DNA from: the human T2T-CHM13v2.0 reference genome, Homo sapiens
Reading direction: 5' to 3' (one strand)
DNA length: 64,000 nucleotides
NCBI RefSeq assembly: GCF_009914755.1
Contig: NC_060937.1
Shown here piece after piece: positions 27,200 through 40,441 of the stretch. Numbering within the stretch: the stretch's first letter is position 1; every line of letters begins with the position of its first letter. The position numbers and the translations under genes are program-made. The notes under the pieces were generated by a model. It made no database searches. It was given only the letters and a program-made list of their open reading frames with translations, and was not told the DNA's origin.

Positions 27200-27475
27200 C
27201 TGGTACCCTGCGCAGCATCATGCTGGGCTTCATGCTGATGTGACCCTCCCTAAACACATGTCACACACACACAGTGGCCAAAAGATGCCATACGCTTATT
27301 GGCTTAAATTACATGTACTAATCACTGTGGAAAGGGAGTAGTGATTGACAACATTGGATTAGACCAATCAGTCTCACTGTTGGGGTCAGAGAGGGTCAAT
27401 CCAATCCACACCGTGTGGCTGCTAAAACTGAGGAAAGAACTAAAAAATGAGAGGAAGCAATAAAATGCCAGCTGT
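27200..27475 (-). mobile_element. Old MaLR/ERVL LTR fragment (MLT1K/L-like)
   Basis: tattggctt...aatcactgtggaaagggag...attggattagaccaatcag...gtgtggctgc. Confidence 0.5.
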
Positions 27476-27899
27476 GCAAGGAACTGCTATTATATGATTT
27501 TACTGAGGAGAATCTGAAATTCAGCAAATTCAAATGATTTGCCCAGGCAGTAAGTTTCAGAGCTGGGACATGAAACTAAGATTGCCTTCAAAGACTACAC
27601 TGTTAATCAAGAATATACTATTAGTCATTCTTTCTTTTAATTTTCTCTTACTTTATGTGTTACTCAGAAAAAAAGAAATAACAGTAAATTAAACACAATG
27701 CGGTTTTTCCAGGTATCGTACCTTATTTTCCCTGTCTTGTAGGTTTTGGTAAGGAATAAAATGGATTGGTTGAAAATGTCATATGAGTAAAGTATGAATA
27801 CTTAATAAATGATATTGGGATTCTATTTAATAACATAAATCATTCTAAGATCCTAATACAGTAGTATTTTTCTGATTACTTGGTATTTAAAATAATTGA

Positions 27900-28570
27900 T
27901 AATAATAGCAAACAAGTCTATAGAATTTAGTAGCTGCCAGGCACTCTTCTACGTGCCTTACACATATCAGGTCATTTAATTCTCATCATATGACTATGAA
28001 ATAGTCTGCTGGTTATGGCACAAGCATAGGTCAAGCTGCTAACAGAAAGAGAACAAAAGTACAGTTCCTAGAGAACACAGAAGTGTATCTTCCACTTGTT
28101 TTATAGTTCGTGGTAGGGATATAAGCTCCACTCAGTCATCACCCAGGGACTAGGACTAATATAATGATTCTGTCATTCTCAACAGGAAGCTTCCACCTCT
28201 GGCTCCGGTGCAGCTGCATCAGTTATTGCCAATTATTAACTAAAGATAAGGGGCAAACAGAGAGAGGAGCCAAGCTAAGTTTCTTCAAGGGGGAATCTAG
28301 AAATAACATCCATTACTTTTCATACACTACTGATGGGAATTCAGACACATGGCCACACTTGGTTGCAAGAGAGGCTGGGAATTCAACTCCGCAGGATGTC
28401 CATATGACTCTTTAAAACTCACAAGTTTCTGCTACTGAAAGGAAGAAAGGGAACATGGATATTTCAAAACAAAAGACTTTAGCACAGGTAAGTTCAGTGG
28501 TAGAGCCAGCATTAATCCGAGGTAGTGTGGCTTCAGAGATTGTGGTCTTCATCACCATGCAATGTTGCCT
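27900..28570 (-). mobile_element. MIR split by an MLT1J-like LTR (~28005-28486)
   Basis: MIR gctgccaggcactcttcta...catttaattctca, resuming agtggtagagccagc...ggcttcagag; insert has cacatggccacacttggttgcaagagaggctgggaa and ggaagaaagggaacatggatatt. Confidence 0.7.
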
Positions 28571-31400
28571 ACAATAAAAATTTTGAATATACTATGTACA
28601 AAAGAATTTTTCCAAAAACATCTGTCTTTTCTCTTACATGTAACGGTTGCTCCAGTTTGGTCTCAGAAACTTTTTTCAAAGAATTTTAGGGAATGATTAG
28701 TACTTCTTTATTCCTTTGAAAATCTAATAGATAGATTCAGATAGAGATAGATATCTATATCAATGTCTATAATATTTATAGCTATATTATATCTATATTT
28801 AGATTTTATATATCTATTAGATCTTATATATCTGTATATGAAATAAGCATCTTATCATAGCTTAGGTTTCCTTATTCTGTTGACATCTTAAAATTAGATT
28901 TCTTTAGCCTTTCAAACCCTATGTTTTTAAAACTGCATTGTCACAAGTTGAAGTTTACCGAATGTATAATAGACACAAGAAAATAAGTAGGTTAGAGTTC
29001 TTCCTTACAATGTGTTTATTGTTGAACAGATTTTCTTATAGACTGCTAAATCTACAAGCAATAAAATCACCTGACATAGTGCTAATTTTCCATTTTCTCA
29101 CTCCCAATACTGAACTATTAATAACCGAGAAAGCATCATATGACTAAAAACTGTAGTCACATTATTGCCTGCATTATATTTGATAATGGGGGTCACTGCA
29201 CCCTCATGTGACTTAGCACAACTGGAGAGATGTTGAATTGATCACAACTAACTTCTGTGACATTATAGATGATGTTTGCATGTTCAAGAAAAATACTTGA
29301 TATCAAGACAATGCAGTTCCCAAATATAATTTATCATAAAGGTCAGTTTCCTTAATAAATTATGAGTAATTGCCCTGAAAACTCACCTTTTATGGTTTAT
29401 AACAATGCTACGTGTTACACTCTGCCTAAGGTTATTGGATTATCTGGTGCATTGATATGCAACAGGAGATCATGTAAGACATTTTTAAGTCTCAACCTAA
29501 TTTCTGCTAGTTATTCCACTTCATGATTTAGTAAAGAATTAGTGGCTCTTGAATGTAGTGTCAAATAAATAAATAAGCTTTCAAATGACATTATTTCCAC
29601 ACTTAAACCACTGGTAGTCATTCATTCTTCCAGCCATTGATGCATTTTGCAAATCCTTGTGCATTAATTAGTATGTCTCTTGTATAAGGTATGAAAAAGA
29701 AAATTAAGGCACGCTCACTGTTCTTGAAGGATTTAAAATTATTTTCAGATATAAGTTAAACACCTTGTAAATTAATCTAAAATGTATTATATAATTTACT
29801 ATGTAATTAAAACTGCACTTTATTTTTATAGCAAATCAACAAAGAGATGATCGCTGTTTGGCATTTTTAGAGAATGATTTCAGGAGATGGTAGGAATATA
29901 TTTGATATATTATAAAAAATGATTGGGAAGATAAAGGAAATGGGAGTGGGCATTAAAGGAAGAATCTGAGCAATATCACAAGGGAAGGAAATATAGCAAA
30001 TTTTGTTGAAGAATGAGTGAATAGAAAAGCAGGCTACAGTGGAGGCTTCTGCTGTGAGACAGGAGGCAGCATGCATGGCAAGGTGGTTTGCAGCAGGAAG
30101 GCAGAGATTTGAAGAGCCTGGGTAACATATAGATGTTCTCAGATTTTCCCCTGAAAACTCTCATGAAAATGTATTGAGAGTAAACTTGATGGTTTGTATT
30201 TGACTCCAGCTTTGGCAGAGCTTTTACCCAAATATTACATTATGTCTGTTTCTTTTATGTTTGGAGTAAATCTATCTGTACAATTTTATGAACGTTTGTA
30301 ATTATGGCTTTCAATTTCTCATTTCAGAAAAACCTTAATGGATCTCTTCTTTACTGAAAGATATGAGCATTATAAGAGTTGGCAGGGGTTTTTTTAGTTA
30401 GTAATGTTATTACTTTTAGATTTGTTTTTATTTTAAAAATCTTTATTGAGATATAATTGACATTCCATGAAACATGCCCACTTAAAGTGTATTTTATAAT
30501 GGCTTTAGTCTAATCACAGAGTTGTGCAACCGTCATTACTCTTTTTCCCCACTCCAAGCCACCCCCAGCCCTAAACAGCCACATTTCTACTTTCTGTCTC
30601 TATAGATTTACCTACTCTGAACTTTTCATATAATACATGGTCTTCTATGACTAGCTTTTCAAGATTCTTTCATATTGTAAAATGGAGCAGTGCTTCCTCC
30701 TTTGTTATTGCAAAAATAATATTTTCTTGTAGAAATATGATACATTTTGTTTATTCATTTATCAATTGATGGGCATTTGGGTTGTTTTCATTTCTTGGTT
30801 ATTGTGAACAATGCTATCGTGAACATTTGTGTACAAGTTTTTGCATGGACATGTTTTTATTTTTTGGATATGTGGCTAGAAGTAGAATTGCTGGGTCATA
30901 TAGGAATTCCTATATTTGACATCTAGTTTTTCAACATGAATATTTCATTTTACATTCCCATCCTCTGTGCATGAGGGTATTTCTCTACATCCTTGACAAC
31001 ACTTGCTATTTTCAATTACTGTTAGAGCTATCCTAAGTGGGTATGAAGTAATATCTCCTTGTTTTCTATTTGCATTTCATGTAAGGGTAACGATGTTAAG
31101 CCCAGTTTTCTGTGCTGACTGACCATTTATATACCTTTTTTGGAAAAATGTGTGTTAAAATCCTTTGCACATTTAAATTTGGGGGTTGTATGTCTTTTTA
31201 TTTCCCAGTGTCCTATTGTCAACATCATTTGTTGAAAAGACTATTCTTTCACCCATTAAATTGTCTTGGCATCCTTGTTGAAAATCAATTGACCATAAAT
31301 GTATGAATTTCTTTTTGGATTTTCAATTCAATTTCTTTAACCTATATGTTTATCCCTATGCCAATACCATGTAATCATAATTACTGTAGCTTTGTAGTAA

Positions 31401-31800
<400 letters not shown>

Positions 31801-31908
31801 TATTTTCATATGAATTTTAAGATCAGCTTGTAAATTTGAAAAAAGCCAACTGAGATCTTGATAGGGATTACACTAAATCTCTAAATATATTTGGAGAGTA
31901 TTGCCATC

Positions 31909-32359
31909 TGTGGTGGGCAATAATAGTCCCCCAAAGATTTCTATATCCTGGTCCCCAGAAACTATGGGTATTTTATGTTATATAGCAAAGGGAAGTTAAG
32001 GTTGCTAATCAGGTGACATTAAATAGGGAGATTTATCTGGATTATTGAGATGGGCCACTGTAAACAGGAGTGATCCCAAACATAGTGAGGGAGTCAGAAG
32101 AGTCAGTGTCAGAGCAATGGGATACAAGAAAGATTCCACTAGACATTGTTGGTTTTCAAGATGGACAGGTCCATAAGCCAAGGACTGTAGGCAGTCTCTA
32201 GAAGCTGGAAAGGAAGAAAAAACAAATTATCTCTTAGAGTCTTCAGAAAGGAATGCTGCCCTATTTGTATCTTGATGTCAGCCTGATGAGAATCATTTTG
32301 GACTTCTAAACTCCTTAATTTATGGAACTTCTTTATACCATCAATAATAATTGAATATG
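31909..32359 (+). mobile_element. MLT1D-like solo LTR
   Basis: tgtggtgggcaataatagtccccaaagat...aaggttgctaatcag...ctctagaagctggaaagg; approximate TSD ccatc/ccact. Confidence 0.85.
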
Positions 32360-32689
32360 CCACTTTAATAATCATGCACTTTCCAAGTCATGAACATGGG
32401 ATTATGTCTTCATGTGTTAGTCTCATTATTGAGCTTTCTTTCAATGATGTTTTCTAGTTTTCAGTGTACAAGCCTTATACTTCTTTATTACAATTTATTT
32501 CTAGTAATTTTATTCTTCTTGATGTTAGTGTAAATACAATTATTTTCTTAATTTCAGCTTTGGATTATTACCAGTGTATGGAAATAAAATTGATTTATGT
32601 CTATTTATCTATATTCTACAACCTTGCTTAACTTACTTATTAGCTCTAGATTTTATTTGTGAATGTTTTAGGATTTTTCTATACCATCT

Positions 32690-33062
32690 CATATTGAGGA
32701 ACACTCCACAAAATAACTGGCCATTATTCTTGAAGTGTGTTAACACTGTAAGATCAAACAAGGCTTAACAATTCCCCTATAGTAAAGGAGACATGATAAT
32801 TAAATGTAATGTATGGTTCTGCATTGGATCCTGAGCTACAGAAAGGACATTAATGGAACACTCACCAAAATGTGAACAATTATTTAGATTAGGTAGTAGT
32901 ATTGTATCATTGTTAATGTCTTGGTTTTGGTCATTGTAATGTGGATTAATGGGATGCTAATATTTGGGGAAGCTGGGTAAAGGTTACATGGGAATTCTTT
33001 GCACCTTTATAGCAACTTTTTTATAAATCTGAGATTATTTCAAAAATAGAAGTGAAAAATGA
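32690..33062 (+). mobile_element. L1MC-type 3' end
   Basis: acaaaataactggcc...taaatgtaatgtatgg...attggatcctg...gggaattctttgcac...aaatctgagattatttcaaaa. Confidence 0.8.
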
Positions 33063-33089
33063 AACAATTAGTTTTCTGAAATGATACTC

Positions 33090-33390
<301 letters not shown>

Positions 33391-33763
33391 TGATATTCTT
33401 TCCTTCTGTCCTGCAATCTTTCCCCATTACACTGATATTGTACCTTGTGCTATGCACTGGGTGGAAAATAACAATCGACATTCATAGTTGCTTAGAAAAA
33501 AGCTCATAATTTGGTAGAGGAAAGAGATACTAAATGTATAAATCAAGAATGATTTGAAAATCCTAAAGTAGAAATACGTTTTACTTTATTTTTCATGACC
33601 CAGGAATTTCATATGATCTTCTCATGCTTTCAAAACAAATATCAGATAAACAATTACGTTTTCCTGTTTAAACCCACATTGTATATATTCTTGGTTTGAG
33701 AAAAACTTACTTTTTCTTAAATTTTTTCCCTTTCTGTATTTCAACTTTCATGCCAACATACAT

Positions 33764-33767
<4 letters not shown>

Positions 33768-33797
<30 letters not shown>
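33768..33797. repeat. (CA)n microsatellite
   Basis: Read directly from the sequence. Confidence 0.95.
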
Positions 33798-33798
<1 letters not shown>

Positions 33799-34713
33799 AT
33801 TTTTCCTCTAGAAATACATTTCCTCTTTCTCTACTGCAAATCATACCATTCCCATCCAGATGATCTTTAAAACTAACACATTCTTTGAAGCTTTCTCAGG
33901 AACAGCCTGAAAGACAATTAGTAAACATTCTCACCCTTCTGAATAACAACAATTACATGGTAAGAGATGAGAAAGTCTTAGATAGCAATGGGTATATGTG
34001 TATCCACATGCATCTTTATGATTTTTGCATATAAATGGCTTTATGATACTTTGATTTTTGTCTTACAAGTAAGACAAAACCTAGATGGCCGTGGAACATT
34101 CCACATGAGGAAAACAACATGACAAACTCTGCATTTTAATTATAGGAGTGATGTCTCTTATTCATTACATTTTGAAAAAATTTAAAACATAGTTCTTATT
34201 ATTTGTAGACAAAATAGTTGCAGCTACCTGCATTTGAAAGTCAGCTCCCTTGCTTACTAAAATATATGTGATACTAGTGTAAATTATACTTTTGGAATTT
34301 GAAAGTTTCATCTCATGAAGAAAAATGAACATTATTTTTTAAAACAGTAGAGATTGCTAAATTATTAACATAAAAAATGTTAACACATATTTGGAAAATT
34401 GAAATAATGCAGAAATTCATTTGTAAGCTCTTATAGTATCCCCTAAGCTAAGTTTTTTCATTATGTTACTTTAGAAATAATTTATAATTTCTTACTAGTG
34501 ACAAAGTTTTGTCTTTCCTAATTAAAATATTTTAGCTATAACAAAAATTTAATGCTAGTGTTTTAGAATATTGAGCCAGATGTTTAGAAATATTTTATTG
34601 TTAAAATATTTACTCAGTAAACATTTATTAAAAGCATCCAGATAGATTTCACTAACATCGAAAACCTTAAAGATGAAATAATGACTTATATTCACACATA
34701 TAAAATGTGTGAC

Positions 34714-34811
34714 TCTGGACAGATTTCACAAATTTTATTTAGTGCAATTCAATCAAAAAGCCAAAGTCAACTGCTTAGATACATGTTTGATGTGTGCATT
34801 TCTCTCTTGGC
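34714..34811 (+). repeat. Donor copy of a 98-bp local inverted duplication (partner at 36183-36280)
   Basis: Hand alignment to the reverse complement of 36183-36280: 85/98 identical, ungapped. Confidence 0.93.
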
Positions 34812-35297
34812 CAACAAACTGTTACATGTAACTATAAGGGTTTGAATAAACAACTGTAATTTGGAATAAGAGCCAAGCCGCTGTGTTTCCCTTGAGTGTG
34901 ATGCTTGGCCCTCATTCAGAGAGCCCAGAGCAGCCTGTCACCAGTGAAAAGAAGCAGAAAGGGTAAGTGGCTCAGCGGCAGACCTGCTTGGTGTGGGCCT
35001 TGGAAGTGTGGATGTGAAACCTAAAATAGGCATTGGAAATAGCTGGATTAATGTTCCACTTTGGTTGCTAAGCTTACCATCTGTGTTGTGTAGTTTTTGA
35101 CTTTTAATCTGAACTAATGGGAAATCAGAGCAAATACGATAACCCCTTGGAAGCAGATCATCTCTTCTAATCACCTGACTTTGTATTTCATTAATAAACA
35201 AGAGTTTTGTTTTGTTTTCAATTAGTCAGAAAGTAGTAGTTTCTTTTTATTTGTTTTTACTCCTTGCTTTACTATCTACATAAGAAGCTTTACCTTC

Positions 35298-36478
35298 TTT
35301 CTTTTCTTAAAAATGTTTGTATTTTATCATGGTATGAATACACATGAGACTACCTTCTTTACAAATGTTTAAGTACACAATACAGTATAGTTGACTATAG
35401 GTATAACATTGTTCACCAGAATGTTAAAACTTATTCATCTTGCTTCACTAAAATTTATGCCCATTTATTTGTTAGTAACTCCCTACTTCCCCCTCCCACC
35501 AGCTCCTGGTAATCACCATTCTGCTTTTTTGAGTCTATGTATATGGCTATTTTAGATATCTCATATAAATGGAATAATGCAGCATTTGTCTTTCTTTGGC
35601 TGGCTTATTTCATTTAGCATAATGTCCTCAAGTTTCATCCAAGCTGATGCTTACTACAGAATTTTATTCTTTTTTAATGCTAAGTAGTATTTCATTATAT
35701 GTTTATACCATATTTTCTTTATCCATTTATCTGTTAATTGGCAGTTAGGTGGTTTCTTCCTCTTGTCTGTTGGGAATAATGCTGTAATAAATGACTTTTT
35801 CAGAAAGACACAAAAGGTTATAATTTATATGGAACCATGAAAGCTTCTACACATCAAGGTAAACAATTAACAGAGTGAACAGGCAACCTATGGAATGAGA
35901 GAAATGTCTACAAAACATATATCTGGCAATGGGTTAATATATGAAATATATAAAGAACTCACACAAATCAATAGCCAAAAACCAACTGATAATCCAATTA
36001 CACAAGGATCCAAGGAGTTGAATAGACATTCCCCCAAAGTAAACATGCGAATGGCCAATAGACATATGAGAAAATGTTCAACATTATGAATCATCAGGGA
36101 AATGCAAATGAAAATCATGCGATATAACCTCACATTTGTCAGGATGGCCATTGTAACACAACAACAACAATTTCTCTCTAGTGCCAAGACAGAAATTCAC
36201 ACATCAAACTTGTATCTAAGCAGTTGATGTGGGCTTTTGGACTGAATTTCACTAAGCAAAATCTGTGAAGTCTGTCCAGAAGTGAGGATGTGGACAAATT
36301 GGAACTCTTGTGCAGTATTTGTGTAAACGCAGAATGATGCAGTCACGATGGAAAACATTGTGGAGGTGACTTAAAACTTTTTAAACAGAATTATGATATA
36401 ATCCAGCAATTTCATTTTGGGGGTATTTATCCAAAATAATTGAAACCAGGATCTTGAAGATATATTAGTGTTACTTCC
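35298..36478 (-). mobile_element. L1MA10/L1MB1-like element with 5' inversion (minus strand 35298-35792, plus strand 35793-36478)
   Basis: Antisense 3'UTR, then a switch to sense ORF2 (GLIYEIYKELTQINSQK in ORF 35895-36089); the outer end of the inverted piece abuts the inner end of the other piece in L1 coordinates; ccttcttt on both flanks. Confidence 0.85.
36183..36280 (-). repeat. Inserted inverted copy of 34714-34811 inside L1 ORF2
   Basis: Non-L1 block between ...acaacaacaa and gtgaggatgtgga...; 85/98 identity to the donor. Confidence 0.93.
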
Positions 36479-38793
36479 CTTCTTTTTTGTTTGAAAAATT
36501 ATTGAATCTATAGAGGTGTTTCTCATCTTGAACTGAACATAGAACATGTGTGCATGGCTTCCTCTGGCTGCTTCAGAGAAACAGCAATGCTATAAATACC
36601 TTTCTAAAGAAAGTAAGTACAAAGAAATACTTTATTTTATAATTTACTGAAGGAGATTGAAGTAATCTGTATTTGTTCTTATATTCATTTATAAGTCTCA
36701 AATGGGTTTTTAGAGTAATTTTAAACAACTTAAAGTGTCAATATCATTTTGAACAAGTTTCAGTTACCTGTTATGAACTCATAGGTAAAATGATCAGGAC
36801 TCTGAGATGCCACACTTAGAAGTTAAAGAATATGGTGTTACACTCATTATGTACTTTTTCTTTGTCTTGCACCTGCTGTTCCAGAAAGGTAAGACTGTAA
36901 GGTGCTTGAGAAAATAGCTTGGTCCTTGTTTAAAGAAAAGAGAAGTTACCTAGATTAACTTTAGACCCTTGAAACAACGTTGAAGAGTAAGCAGATGAAT
37001 CAAAACCCTACAAAAATTCCAGCAGCACATTTAATACTTTTTCAGTGATGAATTCAAAACAATGAAATATCAGCACTAGATTTTATTTTCAATCTTTAAA
37101 ACAAATATTTACCAAGGTGATCTTATTTAATAAGTGGATTTATTTAGAAACAAGTGGCTGTAGGTCCATGCTAATTGTGAGATTGTCTTTGAGGTTACTC
37201 TTACCCTAAGATTGTGAAGAAAAGTACAGCACTTTCCCTTATTCGAAGCAAACTCATATACATCAGTAACTTTTCATATCTTCTTTTAGTGCTAAAAAAT
37301 AGTAAGGAAAAAGAATAGATTGATAATAATTGTGGGCCATTATTTGGTGGTTTAAAAAATGATAATTTTATGCTTCTTGTTATAATCTCAGAGTAAATTT
37401 CATATGTCTTCAGCACTTAAAGAACAAGGTAACAGAATAAATTTCCAATGAGGCTAATAATTGAGAAGTGTTGATTATTATAATGATAGTGTAGTTACAA
37501 ATCTTTTCAAATTCTGTGACATTTTTGTAGCCATAAGAAATCACATATCACTGACAAGTTATAGTTCTCTATATACCTCCTTGATTTTATTTCATCTCAC
37601 TGAGGGATGATTATTATATATGCATATGAAATATTATTCCTATGTTATAAAAGGATTTTATACATACAAATATAACGAGGGGAAATGTAGCCTCAAAAGA
37701 AAAGAAATGGATCATAGTCCACATCTTAACATTAATGCTGATGTAAAAATGAAATACTCACATTTCTAATGACAGATTCAACCATTAATAAGTTGGAACA
37801 AGTACTAGCTGATCATGTAGTACTTTTCTTTGGTGTCTTGATGAAGGTTGACATTTTTGACATTAAGGGTTAATTAGTTGCCACTTAGAATGAGGTCACA
37901 AATGGCTAATTGCACCTTCAGCTAGGTAATTACTGTCATGTATCAAATTCTCATTCTGTGTAATTATACAGGAATCAGGTGCTCTGACTGCTCAACTAGG
38001 GATACCTTTGCTTTCCAAGTCCTCTCTGTGGGAATTCTGAAGTTTTACACAGGAGCTGAATTCACTTGCAATTTGACCTGATGACTAATTTGATATGCAG
38101 AAGATTCCATGCCACTCTTGAAAATCATGGTCCTAAGGATGTCATCCAGTTCCACTTTAATGTTTCTGGCTTCTCTGATTCTGTAATTTTGCTGCTGTCA
38201 ACTCCTATATTCCTGCTAGGAGGTTAGATATTCATTAAATTCATCTGGGCTATTTCAAACCTTCATCTTCTTTCCCCAAAATAACTACTGAAGGTTAGCT
38301 TATCATCAACATTTACAAAAATGGCTGATGCCTCTTAAGTAAAGAATCAGAGGCAGGGCACAGGTATATAAAAATAACGATTTTTCTGGCAGCGATCCTA
38401 TATGCATTGGGGCTAACCAGTACCTTGGTCTTGCATCACTGCTCACATAAAAATGAAGTAGTTCAGACATTATACAAAGAGGAGGACATAATACTTCTAC
38501 ATTTATGTCTCCGCTCACATCACTGGACTACACTCCTGGGGTAGACTGGAGAATACATTTTCCTGGCTCTCAAAGGACATACTGTAGGAGATTAATTTAG
38601 CTGTGTCTATATTGTCTAATCTGATGCAGCAGTCAATATTAACAGTTACAGACATTAGGTTCTGCACTAATAGGTGTTACTCCCTCATTTAAATATCCCA
38701 CAGGGCCACGGAAGCCTGAAGTTTATAGGTAGGCCAATCAGCACCTTTTTCTGTCTTGAAGAGAAAATAAGCCTTTATTCAATACAATTAATG

Positions 38794-38842
38794 ATTTTAC
38801 ACACACACACACATAACTTATATGTGTGTGTGTGTGCAAAAT
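38794..38842. repeat. (CA)n/(TG)n inverted repeat with 22-bp arms and a 5-nt loop
   Basis: attttacacacacacacacata-actta-tatgtgtgtgtgtgtgcaaaat; 21/22 positions pair. Confidence 0.9.
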
Positions 38843-40165
38843 TTTAATGTGTCATATAAAGGTTTACTTGCATTTCGTAATTAAAATAGTTGAATATGTG
38901 ATATTTGCAGTGTGTACAGTCACACTTTGTACATTAGAAAGTCAAGCACAATTACACTTACTGCATGCATGTGATTTATAAGAATATGATATTTTCTCTG
39001 AAATTAATAACTAATTTCCAATTCAGATCTTATATGAACAAAACTCACATGGAAGATATTGACAGTCTCAAAAGTGTATTTCAATTTTTTTCCTATGGGA
39101 ACATAAAATATAATTAGTTTATCTCTTAATCTCTCTTTTTAATAGTCACACACACAATAATTAACATATGTATAGTGTTTTAGGGTTACAAAGAGATTTC
39201 AAACATTATCTCATTTAGTTGTCACTATTAACCTGGGAGGAAGGTCTTTTGCAGATGAGATATAGTAAGAAGGTGACAGACAAGTTTTTTGTCTCCAAAT
39301 TCAAATTGTTTTTTTACTATGAGAAACTAATCATTTTTAGCTATAATAGATGTAGAATGTTTAAAATTCCTAATCTAATTGTCAGTTTCAATATGCATTT
39401 ACTGTATAAAAATGTTATACTTTTGTTATTTTTAATTTAGTATCAACAAAATTCATTCTAAATATTAAACATTCAACTATAGAGATAAATAATTTTTAGA
39501 TTGTGCTCTTTTTCTGATCAAACGTAAGAAATTTATATATAGTCTATAACTTAAACTGTAGTACATAGGGAAAGATGCCACTGAATTGGACCACTTGAGG
39601 ACAAATACCAACATCCAACTTGAAGTAAAATTTCTTGTGAACCTTCTCATCACAGCCAATAGCACCACTGTATTGCTAGCACACAGGAGTGGAAACTTGG
39701 AAGTTATTTTTAAGGCTTCCTGAAGCTTATATTTTAGTAGGAGAAACAGACATTAAACAATACATTATTCAATTCATTATTTAGGCATGATTGCAAAAAG
39801 CACTCCAGAAAAGAGTTGAGTGGTAATAAGAGATCACACAAAAGAGATGGGAGATTAGCCTGGGAAATCAACGAGAAAGAGACATCTCACCTGAGATCTG
39901 AAGGGCGACTGGAAGAAAGTAGGTCAATGTGGAGACAAACTTTCTAGGCCAAGGAGACAGCAGATACAAAAGCCTGCAGTGGGAAACAGCATAGAGGTGA
40001 CTAAAAGGCAGGAGCACAGAATCAGGGAAAGAGTGGCCACAGAGGAAGCACATAAGTTGGTATGAATTACATCTTTTAGGCTATATGTTATTTTGAGAAT
40101 TTTGAATTATATTCAAAACTTACTAGAAACCAGTTGATTACTTATAAGCAGAGAGACATAATTGT

Positions 40166-40191
40166 GTCTGTCTATCTATCTATCCATCTTG

Positions 40192-40255
<64 letters not shown>
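40166..40255. repeat. Compound STR ending in (TCTG)3(TCTA)12, in place of the Alu tail
   Basis: Read directly; (TCTA)12 at 40206-40253. Confidence 0.95.
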
Positions 40256-40441
40256 GAGATGGAGTTTTGCTCTTGTTGCCCAGGCTGGAGTGCAGTGGCT
40301 CGATCTCAGCTCACTGCAACCTCTGCCTCACAGGTTTCACCATGTTGGGCAGACTTGTCTCGAACTCCTGACCTCAGGTGATCTGCCCGCCTCTGCCTCC
40401 CAAAGAGCTGGGATTACAGACGTGACACACTGTGCCCAGCC
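40256..40441 (-). mobile_element. AluS with ~100-bp internal deletion
   Basis: ...ctctgcctcacag joined directly to gtttcaccatgttg; tgtgtc on both flanks. Confidence 0.9.

Noticed and set aside
36185-36280. Hairpin-like pairing suggesting a miRNA or snoRNA retrocopy
   Set aside because: Better explained as an inverted copy of 34714-34811; several pairings are absent in the donor and there are no clear box motifs
36850-36896. Pyrimidine tract, cag, aaag, gtaaga: possible micro-exon
   Set aside because: A 4-nt exon is implausible without transcript data, and isolated splice-like motifs are expected by chance
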